From an uncultured Roseburia sp. (GTDB taxonomy: Bacteria; Bacillota; Clostridia; Lachnospirales; Lachnospiraceae), in assembly GCA_964573715.1 (NCBI GenBank), contig CAZNKR010000001.1, forward strand, positions 30,599 through 94,598: 64,000 bases of DNA. The letters are read 5' to 3'. Within the stretch, counting starts at the first letter, position 1; every line of letters begins with the position of its first letter. Below, one piece after another: positions 19,354 to 30,010 of this stretch. The position numbers and the translations under genes are program-made. The notes under the pieces were generated by a model, which had not been told where the DNA came from, made no database searches, and worked only from the letters and a program-made list of their open reading frames with translations.

Positions 19354-19587
19354 ATGAAAACTATTCAGATTTGCTTAAACTCAATTGATAAAGTTAAGGC
19401 TTTTGTAAACGATATTACAAAGTTCGAAACAGATTTCGATTTAGTATCAGGTAGATACGTAATTGACGCTAAGTCTATTATGGGTATCTTCAGTCTTGAT
19501 TTATCTAAGTCTATCGATTTATGCATTCATGCAGATGAAAGCAACATCGATGCTATCTTAGAGGTACTTAAGCCATACATGGTGTAA
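19354..19587 (+). CDS. HPr-fold protein lacking the His15 phosphorylation motif
   Basis: The ATG at 19354 has an AGGAGGG RBS; the track ORF starts earlier at 19258. The 77-aa product keeps the Ser46-region motif AKSIMGIFSL but has NSIDKVKAF where GIHARPA would be. Confidence 0.7.
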   Translation: MKTIQICLNSIDKVKAFVNDITKFETDFDLVSGRYVIDAKSIMGIFSLDLSKSIDLCIHADESNIDAILEVLKPYMV

Positions 19588-19601
19588 TTACATCATTATT
19601 T

Positions 19602-19632
19602 ATGGGGATGAATTTCATCCCCATCTTTTTTT
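19602..19632 (+). terminator. rho-independent terminator
   Basis: Perfect palindrome ATGGGGATGAA/TTCATCCCCAT followed by CTTTTTTT. Confidence 0.8.
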
Positions 19633-19673
19633 CAAATAGTAACATACATAGAAGCTCCCATTAGGGAGTTTTT

Positions 19674-20861
19674 TTATGCCTCCACTACTACTACATCTGT
19701 ATTTTCAATTGCCCATTTAACAAGCTCATCAATCTTGTCATTCATTTTTTCTTCAGATTTTCTTATTACATTAAGATTTGGTTTTGTTACAGGATGTTTT
19801 GCAACAAAGGTTGTACAGCAATCCTCATAAGGCTGAATTGAAGTTTCATAAGTATCTATCTTTATAGCTATATCCACAATATCCTGCTTATCAAATGCTA
19901 TAACTGGTCTAAATACAGGCATTGTACATACTTCATTAATTACTCCTAATGATTGGAGTGTCTGACTTGAAACCTGTCCAATGCTTTCACCTGTTACTAA
20001 TCCAAGTGCGCCTGATTCTTTAGCAAAATGCTCAGCAATTTTAAACATTATTCTCTTCATAATGATAGTAAGTTCATCATGTGGACACTTTTCATAAATG
20101 TATAGCTGCACATCTGTAAAATTAACTATATTAAGCTTAATCGGTCCAGAATATATCGCAACTTTTTTTGCTAAATCAATAACTTTTTGTTTTGCTCTTT
20201 CTGAAGTATATGGTGGAGCATGAAAATAAGTAGCCTCAAGCTGAACTCCTCTTTTAGATACCATGTATCCAGCAACCGGACTATCAATACCACCTGAAAG
20301 TAAAAGCATTACTTTTCCAGCTGTTCCTATTGGCATTCCACCAGGACCAGGAATTATTTCAGAGTAAATATTAATATGTCTTCTAATTTCAACATTAAGC
20401 ATTAACTGTGGCTTATGAACATCCACCTTCATTTCTTCAAAGGTATCAAGAAGATATTCACCTAGCTGTCTATTTATAGCCATAGAATCAAGGGGATAAT
20501 TCTTTCTTGCACGTCTTGCATTTACCTTAAAAGTAATGTTTTTATCCGGATAGGTTTCATCCACATATTGTGCAACCTTTTGGCACAAATCTTCAAAGCC
20601 TTCATCTTCAATTTGAACCATTGGACATATTCCAACTATACCAAACACACATTTCAATGCACCTACAACCTCATCAAAATCATAGTCCGAAAGAGCATCT
20701 ACATATATTCTTCCCTCTTCTTTATGAGCTTTATACTCACCATCAATTCTTTTTAAGGCTTTAGTTATCTGTGATACCAATGCATCTTCAAAAATAAACT
20801 TATTTTTTCCCTTTACTCCTATTTCAGCGTACTTAATTAAAAAAGACTTGTACTGTATCAT
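19674..20861 (-). CDS. thiI: tRNA 4-thiouridine synthase ThiI
   Basis: 395 aa with THUMP domain and PP-loop SGGIDSPVA, directly downstream of a cysteine desulfurase. Confidence 0.95.
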   Translation of the reverse strand: MIQYKSFLIKYAEIGVKGKNKFIFEDALVSQITKALKRIDGEYKAHKEEGRIYVDALSDYDFDEVVGALKCVFGIVGICPMVQIEDEGFEDLCQKVAQYVDETYPDKNITFKVNARRARKNYPLDSMAINRQLGEYLLDTFEEMKVDVHKPQLMLNVEIRRHINIYSEIIPGPGGMPIGTAGKVMLLLSGGIDSPVAGYMVSKRGVQLEATYFHAPPYTSERAKQKVIDLAKKVAIYSGPIKLNIVNFTDVQLYIYEKCPHDELTIIMKRIMFKIAEHFAKESGALGLVTGESIGQVSSQTLQSLGVINEVCTMPVFRPVIAFDKQDIVDIAIKIDTYETSIQPYEDCCTTFVAKHPVTKPNLNVIRKSEEKMNDKIDELVKWAIENTDVVVVEA

Positions 20862-20870
20862 TTTTTCTCC

Positions 20871-22028
20871 TTATTTTCTGACGAATTTACGCAGCATTGT
20901 AATATTTTGATTAATTGTTTCTATGGCATAATCTATTTCTTCAAGGGTTGTACTGTATGAAAAGCTAAATCTAATTGTAGAATCTATTTCTTCATTTTTA
21001 AGTCCTATGCCTTTTAATGTTGCACTAACACTTTTTGCCTTATTTGACGAGCAGGCAGATCCTGCCGAAACATATATATTCTTATCTTCAAGTGTATGAA
21101 GCATTACCTCACTTCTTACGCCTACAAAGCTTGCACTAACAATATGTGGTGCGCTTTCATCACCAGTCTTACTATTAATAACCACATTATCCATTTTTTC
21201 AAGTTCTTCTATAAAGTGGTTTTTCAATTCGTATAAATGATTTATTTTTTCATCAAAATTATCATAGGCAAGTCTTACTGCTTCAGAAAGTCCTGCAATA
21301 GCAGGTACATTTTCAGTACCAGAACGCATACCCTTTTGTTGTCCTCCACCATAAATAATAGGTTTAATTTTAACCTTAGAGGATACATATAAAAATCCTG
21401 AACCCTTTGGTCCATTTATCTTATGTCCGCTTACGCTTAACATATCTATTCCAAGTTTGTTTGGATAAATTTTATACTTTCCATAGGCTTGAATAGCATC
21501 AACATGAAATATAGTATTTGGATTTTTCTCTTTGATTATTTTGGAAGCTTCACTTATGGGTTCAATTGCTCCAATCTCATTATTAACGTACATAATTGAT
21601 ACTAGAATAGTATCCTCACATACTTCATTTCTAAGAGTTTCTAAATCAATATGACCATTCTTGTCAACAGGAAGGTATGTAATTCTAAATCCATGTTCTT
21701 TTAAGAAATCCATAGTACTAAGTATTGATGCATGCTCTACCATAGAAGTAATAATATGCATGCCACTTCGTTTGTTAGCCATGGCAGTTCCTATTAATGC
21801 AAGATTATTTGACTCTGTTCCTCCTGATGTAAAGATTATCTCTTTTTCAGAAGCTTTAAGGCTTTTTGCAATAATTTCTCTTGCCGTTTTAACATATCTT
21901 TCAGCTTCGACTCCTTTTTGGTGAAGAGAAGATGGGTTTCCATAATCCTCACTCATAACCTTTATCATAATATCTTTAACACTATTGGCCACTACTGTTG
22001 TGGCAGAATTATCCAAATATGCTTCCAT
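20871..22028 (-). CDS. nifS: cysteine desulfurase (NifS/NifZ/IscS family)
   Basis: 385 aa with PLP-Lys SGHKINGPKG and active-site Cys loop SAGSACSS. Paired with thiI. Confidence 0.93.
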   Translation of the reverse strand: MEAYLDNSATTVVANSVKDIMIKVMSEDYGNPSSLHQKGVEAERYVKTAREIIAKSLKASEKEIIFTSGGTESNNLALIGTAMANKRSGMHIITSMVEHASILSTMDFLKEHGFRITYLPVDKNGHIDLETLRNEVCEDTILVSIMYVNNEIGAIEPISEASKIIKEKNPNTIFHVDAIQAYGKYKIYPNKLGIDMLSVSGHKINGPKGSGFLYVSSKVKIKPIIYGGGQQKGMRSGTENVPAIAGLSEAVRLAYDNFDEKINHLYELKNHFIEELEKMDNVVINSKTGDESAPHIVSASFVGVRSEVMLHTLEDKNIYVSAGSACSSNKAKSVSATLKGIGLKNEEIDSTIRFSFSYSTTLEEIDYAIETINQNITMLRKFVRK

Positions 22029-22036
22029 GATTTCCT

Positions 22037-22771
22037 CTAATCTTCTATTTTAAACATCAATATTGATAAAATAGCAAGTCCTGCGGTTTCTGTTCTTAAT
22101 ATTCTTCTTCCTAATGAGACCGGATAAACGCTATGTTCCAATGCATAGTCTATTTCGCTTTGGGCAAATCCACCCTCTGGTCCTATGAAAATCCCAATAT
22201 TCATTCCTTTGTTTACTTTATCTAAAAGTTTTTTTGTTTCACTCATATCCTCAAAATGCTCATAAGGAATAATATTTAAATCAAAATCTTTTACATAATC
22301 TATAGCCTCTTTAAAGGACATTACACTTGAAATCTCGGGAATAATGCCTCTTTTTGATTGTTTTGCAGCACTTTTAGAAATAGTCTGCCATCTTGCTAAT
22401 TTACTAACTTCTTTTTTAGCATCTAATTTCACTATTGTGCGGGATGTTTTCACTGGAATAATTTTAAATGCACCTAATTCTACTGCCTTTTGAATAATCA
22501 GTTCCATCTTGTCACTTTTAGGTAATCCTTGAAATAAAAACAATCTTGTATCTAATTCTGTACCTTTACGACTATAGTCTATAATTATTGCTTTGATGGT
22601 ATCTTCAATTGATTCTATTTTACAGGTATAATCTCCACCTTCACCATCACTTACTTCTATATCTTCACCACATCTCATTCTTAAAACATTCTTAATATGA
22701 TTTACATCATCACCAACTATTTCGATGTAGTTATCCATTACCTGACTTTTTTCAACGAAAAAATGATACAT
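22037..22771 (-). CDS. rsmE: 16S rRNA m3U1498 methyltransferase RsmE
   Basis: Start taken at MYHFFVEK, the typical RsmE N-terminus. C-terminal SPOUT knot (GPEGGF...LGRRILRTETA). Follows prmA. Confidence 0.92.
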   Translation of the reverse strand: MYHFFVEKSQVMDNYIEIVGDDVNHIKNVLRMRCGEDIEVSDGEGGDYTCKIESIEDTIKAIIIDYSRKGTELDTRLFLFQGLPKSDKMELIIQKAVELGAFKIIPVKTSRTIVKLDAKKEVSKLARWQTISKSAAKQSKRGIIPEISSVMSFKEAIDYVKDFDLNIIPYEHFEDMSETKKLLDKVNKGMNIGIFIGPEGGFAQSEIDYALEHSVYPVSLGRRILRTETAGLAILSILMFKIED

Positions 22772-22779
22772 AATTACCT

Positions 22780-23736
22780 CTATATTCTTCTTGCCGTGAT
22801 TGATGACCAATCCTTTTGTCTTGTAATTTCTACAATTTCATAATTTCCGTTATCTATAATTGCTTGTTTTACTTCTTCTTCCTTTGTATCAATAATACCT
22901 GAAGTAATAAATAATCCACCTTTTTTAAGATGCGCTGGAACTATTGGTGTAAGCGGTAATAAAACATCTGCAAGAATATTAGCTGTAACTATATCAAAAC
23001 AATCATATCCTATTTTGTCTTCAAGAACCTTGTCCTCTAAAATATTGCCAGTGTATACCTTACACATATTTTTGTCGATATGATTAACTTCAAGGTTTTC
23101 ACCTGTTGCAATTGTAGCATTTTCATCAATATCTACACCTACAGCCCTTGCAGCTTCTAACTTAAGAGCAACAATTGACAAAATTCCACTTCCACAACCC
23201 ACATCAAGAATTGCGTCACCCTTTTTAACATATTTATTTAGCTGACGCATACAAAGCTGTGTAGTTTCATGCATACCTGTTCCAAATGCAATACCTGGGT
23301 CAATTTCTATTAACATCTTTCCTACATATTCAGGCTTAACATCTTCCCATGTTGGCTTAATTACTATATCATCAACTGTAAAGGATTTAAAAAATTGTTT
23401 CCAATTATTAATCCAGTCCTTATCCTCAGTTTCTGATTTTGATATTGTACCTTCCCCCACATCAACAAAATCCTTTAATTCAGTAAGGCCCTCATTAACT
23501 GCCTCTAAGATTTCTTTTTCATTTGTTTCATCTTCAAGATAAAAGCTTAAGTAACAAACGCCTTCATCAATAGGAAGAATAGGTAAAAAATCTATAAACA
23601 TTCTCTTTTTATCAGCTTCTGAAATTGGGACATTATCCTCGATTTCTACACCATCAATTCCAGCCTCAACCATAATTGCAATAACCAACTCGCTAGCAGC
23701 AGTTGTAGTTTTTAATGTATATTTTATCCACTTCAT
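22780..23736 (-). CDS. prmA: ribosomal protein L11 methyltransferase PrmA
   Basis: 318 aa with IEIDPGIAFGTGMHETT and DVGCGSGILS. Confidence 0.95.
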   Translation of the reverse strand: MKWIKYTLKTTTAASELVIAIMVEAGIDGVEIEDNVPISEADKKRMFIDFLPILPIDEGVCYLSFYLEDETNEKEILEAVNEGLTELKDFVDVGEGTISKSETEDKDWINNWKQFFKSFTVDDIVIKPTWEDVKPEYVGKMLIEIDPGIAFGTGMHETTQLCMRQLNKYVKKGDAILDVGCGSGILSIVALKLEAARAVGVDIDENATIATGENLEVNHIDKNMCKVYTGNILEDKVLEDKIGYDCFDIVTANILADVLLPLTPIVPAHLKKGGLFITSGIIDTKEEEVKQAIIDNGNYEIVEITRQKDWSSITARRI

Positions 23737-23737
23737 G

Positions 23738-24328
23738 TTACATAAGCTCCTTAATCTTTTGATATATTTTTCCTGCTGGTAATCCCACTACATTATTATA
23801 ATCGCCTTCGATTTCTTTAATAAATCTTCCACCTAAGCCTTGGATTCCATAGCTACCCGCTTTGTCCATTGGTTCTCCAGTTGCAATATAGTCATAAATC
23901 TCTTTATCACTAATTGGATATGTATAAACAGTGGTTGTTTCAAAAAATGTATCATATACAATCCTGTCCTCTTGTCCATCACTTTCCATAGAAACAATAG
24001 TAACACCCGTAAGAACATAATGTGTATCTGCCGAAAGCATTCTAAGCATATTAACTGCATCTGCAACATCCTTTGGTTTTCCAAGAATCATGCCCTTATA
24101 CACAACAACGGTATCCGCTCCTATAACAATAGAATCCTTCATATCAATGTCTTCCATATCACATACTGCTTGTGCTTTTCTCTTTGATAACTGCATAACA
24201 TATTCACCAGCATTATTTGTGTGAATGTTTTCATCTGCATCTGATACCTTTACACTAAACTCAATACCCATCTGTGTTAATAGTTCGCTTCTTCTAGGTG
24301 ATTTAGATGCCAAAATAATTTTTTTCAT
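23738..24328 (-). CDS. maf: Maf-like nucleoside triphosphate pyrophosphatase
   Basis: 196 aa with ILASKSPRRSELL, GADTVV and KAGSYGIQG. Confidence 0.93.
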   Translation of the reverse strand: MKKIILASKSPRRSELLTQMGIEFSVKVSDADENIHTNNAGEYVMQLSKRKAQAVCDMEDIDMKDSIVIGADTVVVYKGMILGKPKDVADAVNMLRMLSADTHYVLTGVTIVSMESDGQEDRIVYDTFFETTTVYTYPISDKEIYDYIATGEPMDKAGSYGIQGLGGRFIKEIEGDYNNVVGLPAGKIYQKIKELM

Positions 24329-24331
24329 AAA

Positions 24332-24946
24332 CTAATCCTCATATGGTCTAATTCTGTAAGTTACTCCTATTTCATCGCAAATTGCCTGGCATTTTGCTTC
24401 TTCCTCTTTTGTAATAGTTGTATCAACTGTAGATAATACAACCTTTGGTACAAACTTTTTAACCTCTTTTGCAAAGCTAATCATTGCTTCAAAAGATTTC
24501 TCTCCATATATGCTTCTTACTATTTCTTGATACTTAATTGGATTAGGATTATTTAGACTAATTGAAATTGTATCTATTAAACCTTCTAATTCTGGTGTAA
24601 TATCCCTCTCATTAATAAGATTGCCCTGGCCGTTTGTATTTATTCTAATAGGCATATTAAAATTATCTTTAATGTATTTTGCTACCTGTAAAAGTAAATC
24701 TATTCTGTAGGTTGGTTCTCCAAAGCCACAAAATACACATTCCTTATACTTGGTAACATCAAATTTCTTAAAGCCTTCAATAACTTCCTCAAAGGAAGGA
24801 TCGTGTTCAAGCCACAAGCTTCCTGAGTTGTCCATTTCTTCTCGTGTTTGTCTTAGGCAAAATACACACGCACATGAACATTTATTTGTTAAATTAATAT
24901 AGAGATTTCCTTGAAATTCATAAACTGTTGTCATTGATTTAGACAT
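24332..24946 (-). CDS. small radical SAM protein (resembles the TatD-associated radical SAM family)
   Basis: 204 aa. N-terminus YEFQGNLYINLTNKCSCACVFCLRQ carries a CxxxCxxC cluster. The family assignment is from memory of the family N-terminus. Confidence 0.65.
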   Translation of the reverse strand: MSKSMTTVYEFQGNLYINLTNKCSCACVFCLRQTREEMDNSGSLWLEHDPSFEEVIEGFKKFDVTKYKECVFCGFGEPTYRIDLLLQVAKYIKDNFNMPIRINTNGQGNLINERDITPELEGLIDTISISLNNPNPIKYQEIVRSIYGEKSFEAMISFAKEVKKFVPKVVLSTVDTTITKEEEAKCQAICDEIGVTYRIRPYED

Positions 24947-24961
24947 TTTACTACCTCTTTT

Positions 24962-25789
24962 CTATTTTAATGTATGTAGTACCTCTTCAAAGCATACGCC
25001 ATCTGTCCTTGGAACATTATACTTTTCGGTTACTGCAATACATTTTTTAATGAATGCACTAGCCTTTCTAACTGATGTTTCAAAATCAACACCATTAACG
25101 CAATCAGCAGCAATAATAGAAGCAAAAATATCTCCGGTTCCACTTCGTTCTCTGCCAATCTTTTTCGTACGAATAACCTTTTTTATCTTATCCTTTTCAT
25201 ATACCACATTTCCAATGTATTCACCCATCTTCACCCCTGTAATAACAATCTTTTCAGCTCCCTTATCAGAAAGAGCAATTGCCATTTTAAAAAGCTCATT
25301 GGTTGTAAATTTATCTTTATATGGAGTATCAGTAAGAATACAGGCTTCTGTAACATTAGGAGTAAGTATATCAGCATAGGAGACAAGCTTTTTCATCTCA
25401 TTACAAGCCTCATTGGTATAGGTTGTATATCTTTTTCCATTGTCACCCATAACAGGATCAATAATAACCTTTGTTCTAGAATTTTTAAAATCTTTAATGA
25501 ATTTTTCAACTATCTTTATTTGCTTTTTGGACCCTAAAAATCCACTATAGATGCCTTCAAATCTAAGGTCTAATTTTTTCCACATATCAATGTACTCTTG
25601 CATCTTATCTGTATAATCTTCAAAGAAAAAATCCTCAAATCCAGTATGATTAGAAAATACGCTGGTTACAATATTGCTACATTGAACCTTCATATGGGAA
25701 ATAATTGGTAATGAAACTGCTATTGAACATCTTCCAAATCCAGAAAAGTCATTTATGACCGCTATTTTTTTTTGTACATTATGATCCAT
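24962..25789 (-). CDS. pdxK: pyridoxal/pyridoxamine kinase
   Basis: Ribokinase-like fold with INDFSGFGRCS near the N-terminus and C-terminal GTGDIFAS. The ATG at 25789 has a GGAGA RBS. Confidence 0.85.
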   Translation of the reverse strand: MDHNVQKKIAVINDFSGFGRCSIAVSLPIISHMKVQCSNIVTSVFSNHTGFEDFFFEDYTDKMQEYIDMWKKLDLRFEGIYSGFLGSKKQIKIVEKFIKDFKNSRTKVIIDPVMGDNGKRYTTYTNEACNEMKKLVSYADILTPNVTEACILTDTPYKDKFTTNELFKMAIALSDKGAEKIVITGVKMGEYIGNVVYEKDKIKKVIRTKKIGRERSGTGDIFASIIAADCVNGVDFETSVRKASAFIKKCIAVTEKYNVPRTDGVCFEEVLHTLK

Positions 25790-25846
25790 AAGACACATCT
25801 CCTAAATATTTCAATGAAATATTGTAACACCTAAACATAATATTTT

Positions 25847-26782
25847 CTAGTATATATTATACTTATTTAGTTTTTCAAGCATATAAGCAAAAACTTTTTC
25901 ATGATCTGGCTCATTAAAAATTTCATGTCTCATACCCTCAAACATCTTACAATGAACCTTATTATACCCTACCTTACGCATTATTTGTGCTTCTTTGTTA
26001 AGTGCTTTTTTTCCACCCACACAAACATCATCACTTCCAACTATATAATATATAGGTAATTGGGAATTATTAACCGCCCAGCCCCTTTTAGAATATATGG
26101 AAATCAGTAATTTAAACAGGGTATTATATCCATTTATTTTAAATGTAAAATTACACTTTTCATCATCATTGTACTTTTTAACCTGGTCCTTATCTGTACA
26201 TAACCAGCTATTTTTTCCTTCTGTACCAAATCTCTTTTCTAAGGTACTATAAAAAATCTTATCTACAAATGGTGTACTTTCAGTTGCATCAAAAAACAAT
26301 GCTTCTATTTCTGTTAATATAGTTCCTGTATATTTACTAAAGTTGTTGGCTGGAGCGCCTGATAAAAACACAAAGTCCACGTCTTTATCATGCTTTTTAA
26401 GATAAGCTCTAGCAATGATTGAACCCATACTATGGGCAACCAAAACCCTAGGAAGATCTACATAATTATTTTGAATAAAAACATTAACAGCATGAACGTC
26501 CTCAACTAAAAGGCTGCAGGCTTCCTCTCCAAAATATCCTAAGTCTTTAATATATTCTACATTCTCACCATGTCCTCTTAGGTCAGGAATGACACAGATA
26601 AATCCTCTGTTTGTAAAATATTCAATTATAGGTTCATACCTTTCTTTACGTTCGCACATTCCATGTACAAACTGTATAACACCTTTTAGGCTAACTCCAG
26701 CCTTTGGTGTTTTTACCCAGGTAACCACAGGTAAATCCTTTAGTGTTTTGTATTTCTCAAACGCGTCCATTAAGTACCTCAC
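25847..26782 (-). CDS. alpha/beta hydrolase (lysophospholipase/monoacylglycerol lipase-like)
   Basis: 311 aa with HG oxyanion region (VHGMCE) and nucleophile elbow AHSMGS. Confidence 0.8.
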   Translation of the reverse strand: MRYLMDAFEKYKTLKDLPVVTWVKTPKAGVSLKGVIQFVHGMCERKERYEPIIEYFTNRGFICVIPDLRGHGENVEYIKDLGYFGEEACSLLVEDVHAVNVFIQNNYVDLPRVLVAHSMGSIIARAYLKKHDKDVDFVFLSGAPANNFSKYTGTILTEIEALFFDATESTPFVDKIFYSTLEKRFGTEGKNSWLCTDKDQVKKYNDDEKCNFTFKINGYNTLFKLLISIYSKRGWAVNNSQLPIYYIVGSDDVCVGGKKALNKEAQIMRKVGYNKVHCKMFEGMRHEIFNEPDHEKVFAYMLEKLNKYNIY

Positions 26783-26860
26783 TTACTATAAATATATTAA
26801 TTATGTCATAATAAAATTTTCGTTAGACTAAATAAAAGCTTAAGTTTGTCCTAAAGTTAT

Positions 26861-27700
26861 TTAAATATTAACCCCGATATTGCTAAGCAAATCACTAGAA
26901 ATTTTTAAATTTCCTTTTCCTGTACCAATATCTATATTGGGTTTGTTTGCTCCATGAAAATCCGAGCCTCCCGTAACAAAATATCCGTAATTATCTGCCA
27001 TTTTCTTAAGCCAAACATCATCCGAGGGAGTATTAAGGGAATAGATTGCTTCAATTCCTTCCATTCCTATTGACTTTAAATAATCAAATAAGCTTAATAA
27101 TCTGTCTTTTCCAAGCTTATACAAAAGAGGATGTGCAAGAACCGGATGACCCTTTGCATTTTTTATCATATCTATAGCCTTTAGGGGTGTTACGTATTGT
27201 CTTGGTATATAGTATTTCTTTCCTTTATTCAGATACATAGCAAAGGCCATATCCTTATGAGGCACATATCCATTTTCCACAAGAAATCTAGCAAAATGTG
27301 CTCGAGTAATTGAAACTTCTCCAAACTGTTTTATTAATCCTTCTTTAGAAATATTTATTCCGTCTTGCTTCATAAGCTCTATGATTTTGTCATTTCTAAT
27401 ATCTCTAGACTTTGAACAATCCAAAACCGCTGATATAAATTCTTCATTTTCATAATCCATATTCAAACCTAATATATGAATATCAGAATTGTTAAATTGA
27501 GCCGATATTTCAATACCTGGAATTACCTTAACATTTTGTTTTTTACCTTGCTTAAATGCCTCATTTAATCCATTAACTGTATCATGGTCGGTAAGAGCAA
27601 AAGCTACTAGACCTTTATTCTTTGCTAAATCAACAAGTTCGGATGGAGTATAGGTTCCATCCGAAGCAGTTGAGTGAACATGTAAATCAATATATTCCAT
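26861..27700 (-). CDS. PHP-domain phosphoesterase (TrpH/YciV-like)
   Basis: 279 aa with IDLHVHSTASDGT, LTDHDT and GGSDFHG. Confidence 0.88.
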   Translation of the reverse strand: MEYIDLHVHSTASDGTYTPSELVDLAKNKGLVAFALTDHDTVNGLNEAFKQGKKQNVKVIPGIEISAQFNNSDIHILGLNMDYENEEFISAVLDCSKSRDIRNDKIIELMKQDGINISKEGLIKQFGEVSITRAHFARFLVENGYVPHKDMAFAMYLNKGKKYYIPRQYVTPLKAIDMIKNAKGHPVLAHPLLYKLGKDRLLSLFDYLKSIGMEGIEAIYSLNTPSDDVWLKKMADNYGYFVTGGSDFHGANKPNIDIGTGKGNLKISSDLLSNIGVNI

Positions 27701-27708
27701 AAAAGCTC

Positions 27709-29922
27709 CTATAGGTGAGAAACAGGTTCAAAGGTTCTTGCCTTTTCCTCTTTCTTTTTATTTTTCTTAATTATTTTAACGGCTTCCTCACAAAAATAAT
27801 CCTGTGCACATAATTTTGTTTTTCCACGAAGATTTTGTTTTTTATAAGTGCCATCTGGCTGCATTATATGAGCTTTTAACGTATCTTTAAGTTGAATATC
27901 CAAAATATGAATAACTTTTTCTTTAAGCTTTGTATCCTCTACTGGGAATAGAATTTCAACACGTTTATCAAGGTTTCTTGGCATCCAATCTGCACTACCC
28001 ATATATATTTCTTCTTTGCCATCATTATAAAAATAAAATATTCTGCTATGCTCCAAAAACTGTCCCACAATTGAACGAACCTGAATATTTTCGCTTAGCC
28101 CTGGTACCCCTGCTTTTAGGCAACATATTCCTCTTATAATCAAATCCACCTTAACCCCTGCCATTGAAGCTTCATACAATAATGCTATGGTTTCTTTATC
28201 ACAAAGTGAATTCATTTTTGCCTTAATATATGCTTTCTTTCCTACTCTAGCATTTTCAGTTTCTCTTTTAATCAGGGATTCAAACTTATCTCTTAGCCAT
28301 AATGGTGCAAGAGAAAGCTTATTCCATGTTGCTGGTTCTGAATATCCTGAAAGCATATTGAATACGGCAGTTGCATCCTCACCAATAGCATTAGCGCATG
28401 TAAATAATCCCATATCTGTGTATAGTTTAGCAGTGGCATCATTGTAATTGCCTGTACCTAAATGCACATATCTATTTATTCCTTCATTTTCCTTACGTAC
28501 TACAAGAGTAATCTTGCTGTGAGTTTTTAGTCCAATAAGACCATAAATAACGTGGCAGCCTGACTTTTCAAGTTTCTTTGCCCAATTAATATTATTTTCT
28601 TCATCAAATCTAGCCTTTAATTCAACTAAAACAGATACCTGCTTTCCATTCTCTGCTGCCTGTGCTAATGAAGCAATGATTGGAGAATTTCCACTAACTC
28701 TATATAATGTTTGTTTTATAGCTAGTACATCCTTATCCTTAGACGCTTGTCTTACAAAATCCACTACAGGATCAAAGGTTTCATAAGGATGATGAAGTAA
28801 TATATCATGTTTTTTTATCTGTTCAAAAATATTAAGTTCAGGGTTAATATTAGGATTTAGCTGAGGTGTATATTTTGGGGCTTTAAGATGGTCAAATCCT
28901 TCAATACCATACATTTTCATTAGGAATGTTAAATCTATTGGACCATTTATTTTATAAATATCCTCATCCTTAATACCCAATTCTTTCTTTAAAACCTTAA
29001 GGAGACGCTTATCCATCTTATCTTCAACATCTAAACGTATGGCTTCTCCCCATTGCCTCTTCTTTAACTGCTTTTGAATTTCTTTTAATAAATCTGCAGC
29101 ATCATCCTCATCAATAGATAAATCTGCATTACGCATTACTCTATATGGATGAGCACACAAAACCTTATAGTTAAGAAATAGCTTATCAATGTGTCTTTCA
29201 ATTATTTCTTCTAGTAAAATAAGTGTGGTTTCTAAAGGATCTGTAGATGGGATTTTCACAAAACGAGGTAATCCAGATGGAACCTGAACAGTTGCAAATT
29301 CAATGTCTGATTCACCATCATTTTTCTTTTGAGATTTATCCTCTTTTATTCCAATACTTTTTAGCTTTCTGTTGTGATCTGCTTTATCCTTTATATTTTC
29401 CTTTGTTTCAAGGAGCGCACCAATATTTAAACTTTTATTTCTAATAAGTGGAAATGGTCTAGAAGACTCCACAGCCATAGGTGTTAATACAGGATAAATA
29501 ATATCTTCAAAATATCTGTCAACGAATGCTTTTTGCTCATCCGTTAATTTTTCATGTGCACGAACAATCTTTAGTTTTTCCTTTTTCATTAATGCTCTAA
29601 GGGAACGATTGTACACACTGTATTGCATATCCACAAACATGTGAGTTTTTTCACTAATAAGTTCAAGCTGTTTTTGTGGCTTAAGTCCTGAAATGTCAGG
29701 TTTTTCAAATTCTGCATGAACCATATCTTTAAGTGAAGCAACACGAATCATAAAAAACTCATCTAGATTGGATGCTGTAATACTTAAGAACTTCATTCTT
29801 TCAAATAATGGATTTGTACTGTCTTTAGCTTCATTAAGTACTCTTGCATTAAAATCCAGCCAGCTAAGTTCTCTATTGGTATAATTTTCTGGTTTTCTTA
29901 CATTTAATTCTTTATTTGCCAT
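27709..29922 (-). CDS. ppk: polyphosphate kinase 1
   Basis: 737 aa with N-terminus NRELSWLDFNARVL, autophosphorylation region KTHSKITLV and two PLD-like C domains. Confidence 0.95.
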   Translation of the reverse strand: MANKELNVRKPENYTNRELSWLDFNARVLNEAKDSTNPLFERMKFLSITASNLDEFFMIRVASLKDMVHAEFEKPDISGLKPQKQLELISEKTHMFVDMQYSVYNRSLRALMKKEKLKIVRAHEKLTDEQKAFVDRYFEDIIYPVLTPMAVESSRPFPLIRNKSLNIGALLETKENIKDKADHNRKLKSIGIKEDKSQKKNDGESDIEFATVQVPSGLPRFVKIPSTDPLETTLILLEEIIERHIDKLFLNYKVLCAHPYRVMRNADLSIDEDDAADLLKEIQKQLKKRQWGEAIRLDVEDKMDKRLLKVLKKELGIKDEDIYKINGPIDLTFLMKMYGIEGFDHLKAPKYTPQLNPNINPELNIFEQIKKHDILLHHPYETFDPVVDFVRQASKDKDVLAIKQTLYRVSGNSPIIASLAQAAENGKQVSVLVELKARFDEENNINWAKKLEKSGCHVIYGLIGLKTHSKITLVVRKENEGINRYVHLGTGNYNDATAKLYTDMGLFTCANAIGEDATAVFNMLSGYSEPATWNKLSLAPLWLRDKFESLIKRETENARVGKKAYIKAKMNSLCDKETIALLYEASMAGVKVDLIIRGICCLKAGVPGLSENIQVRSIVGQFLEHSRIFYFYNDGKEEIYMGSADWMPRNLDKRVEILFPVEDTKLKEKVIHILDIQLKDTLKAHIMQPDGTYKKQNLRGKTKLCAQDYFCEEAVKIIKKNKKKEEKARTFEPVSHL

Positions 29923-30010
29923 TGTCTCCTCCTGAATCTTATCTTGTTAAGGTATAATCCTATTTATTGTATATTTTCTTTGTTAAGTTCAGGTTAAAAT
30001 TGGTAATTTA

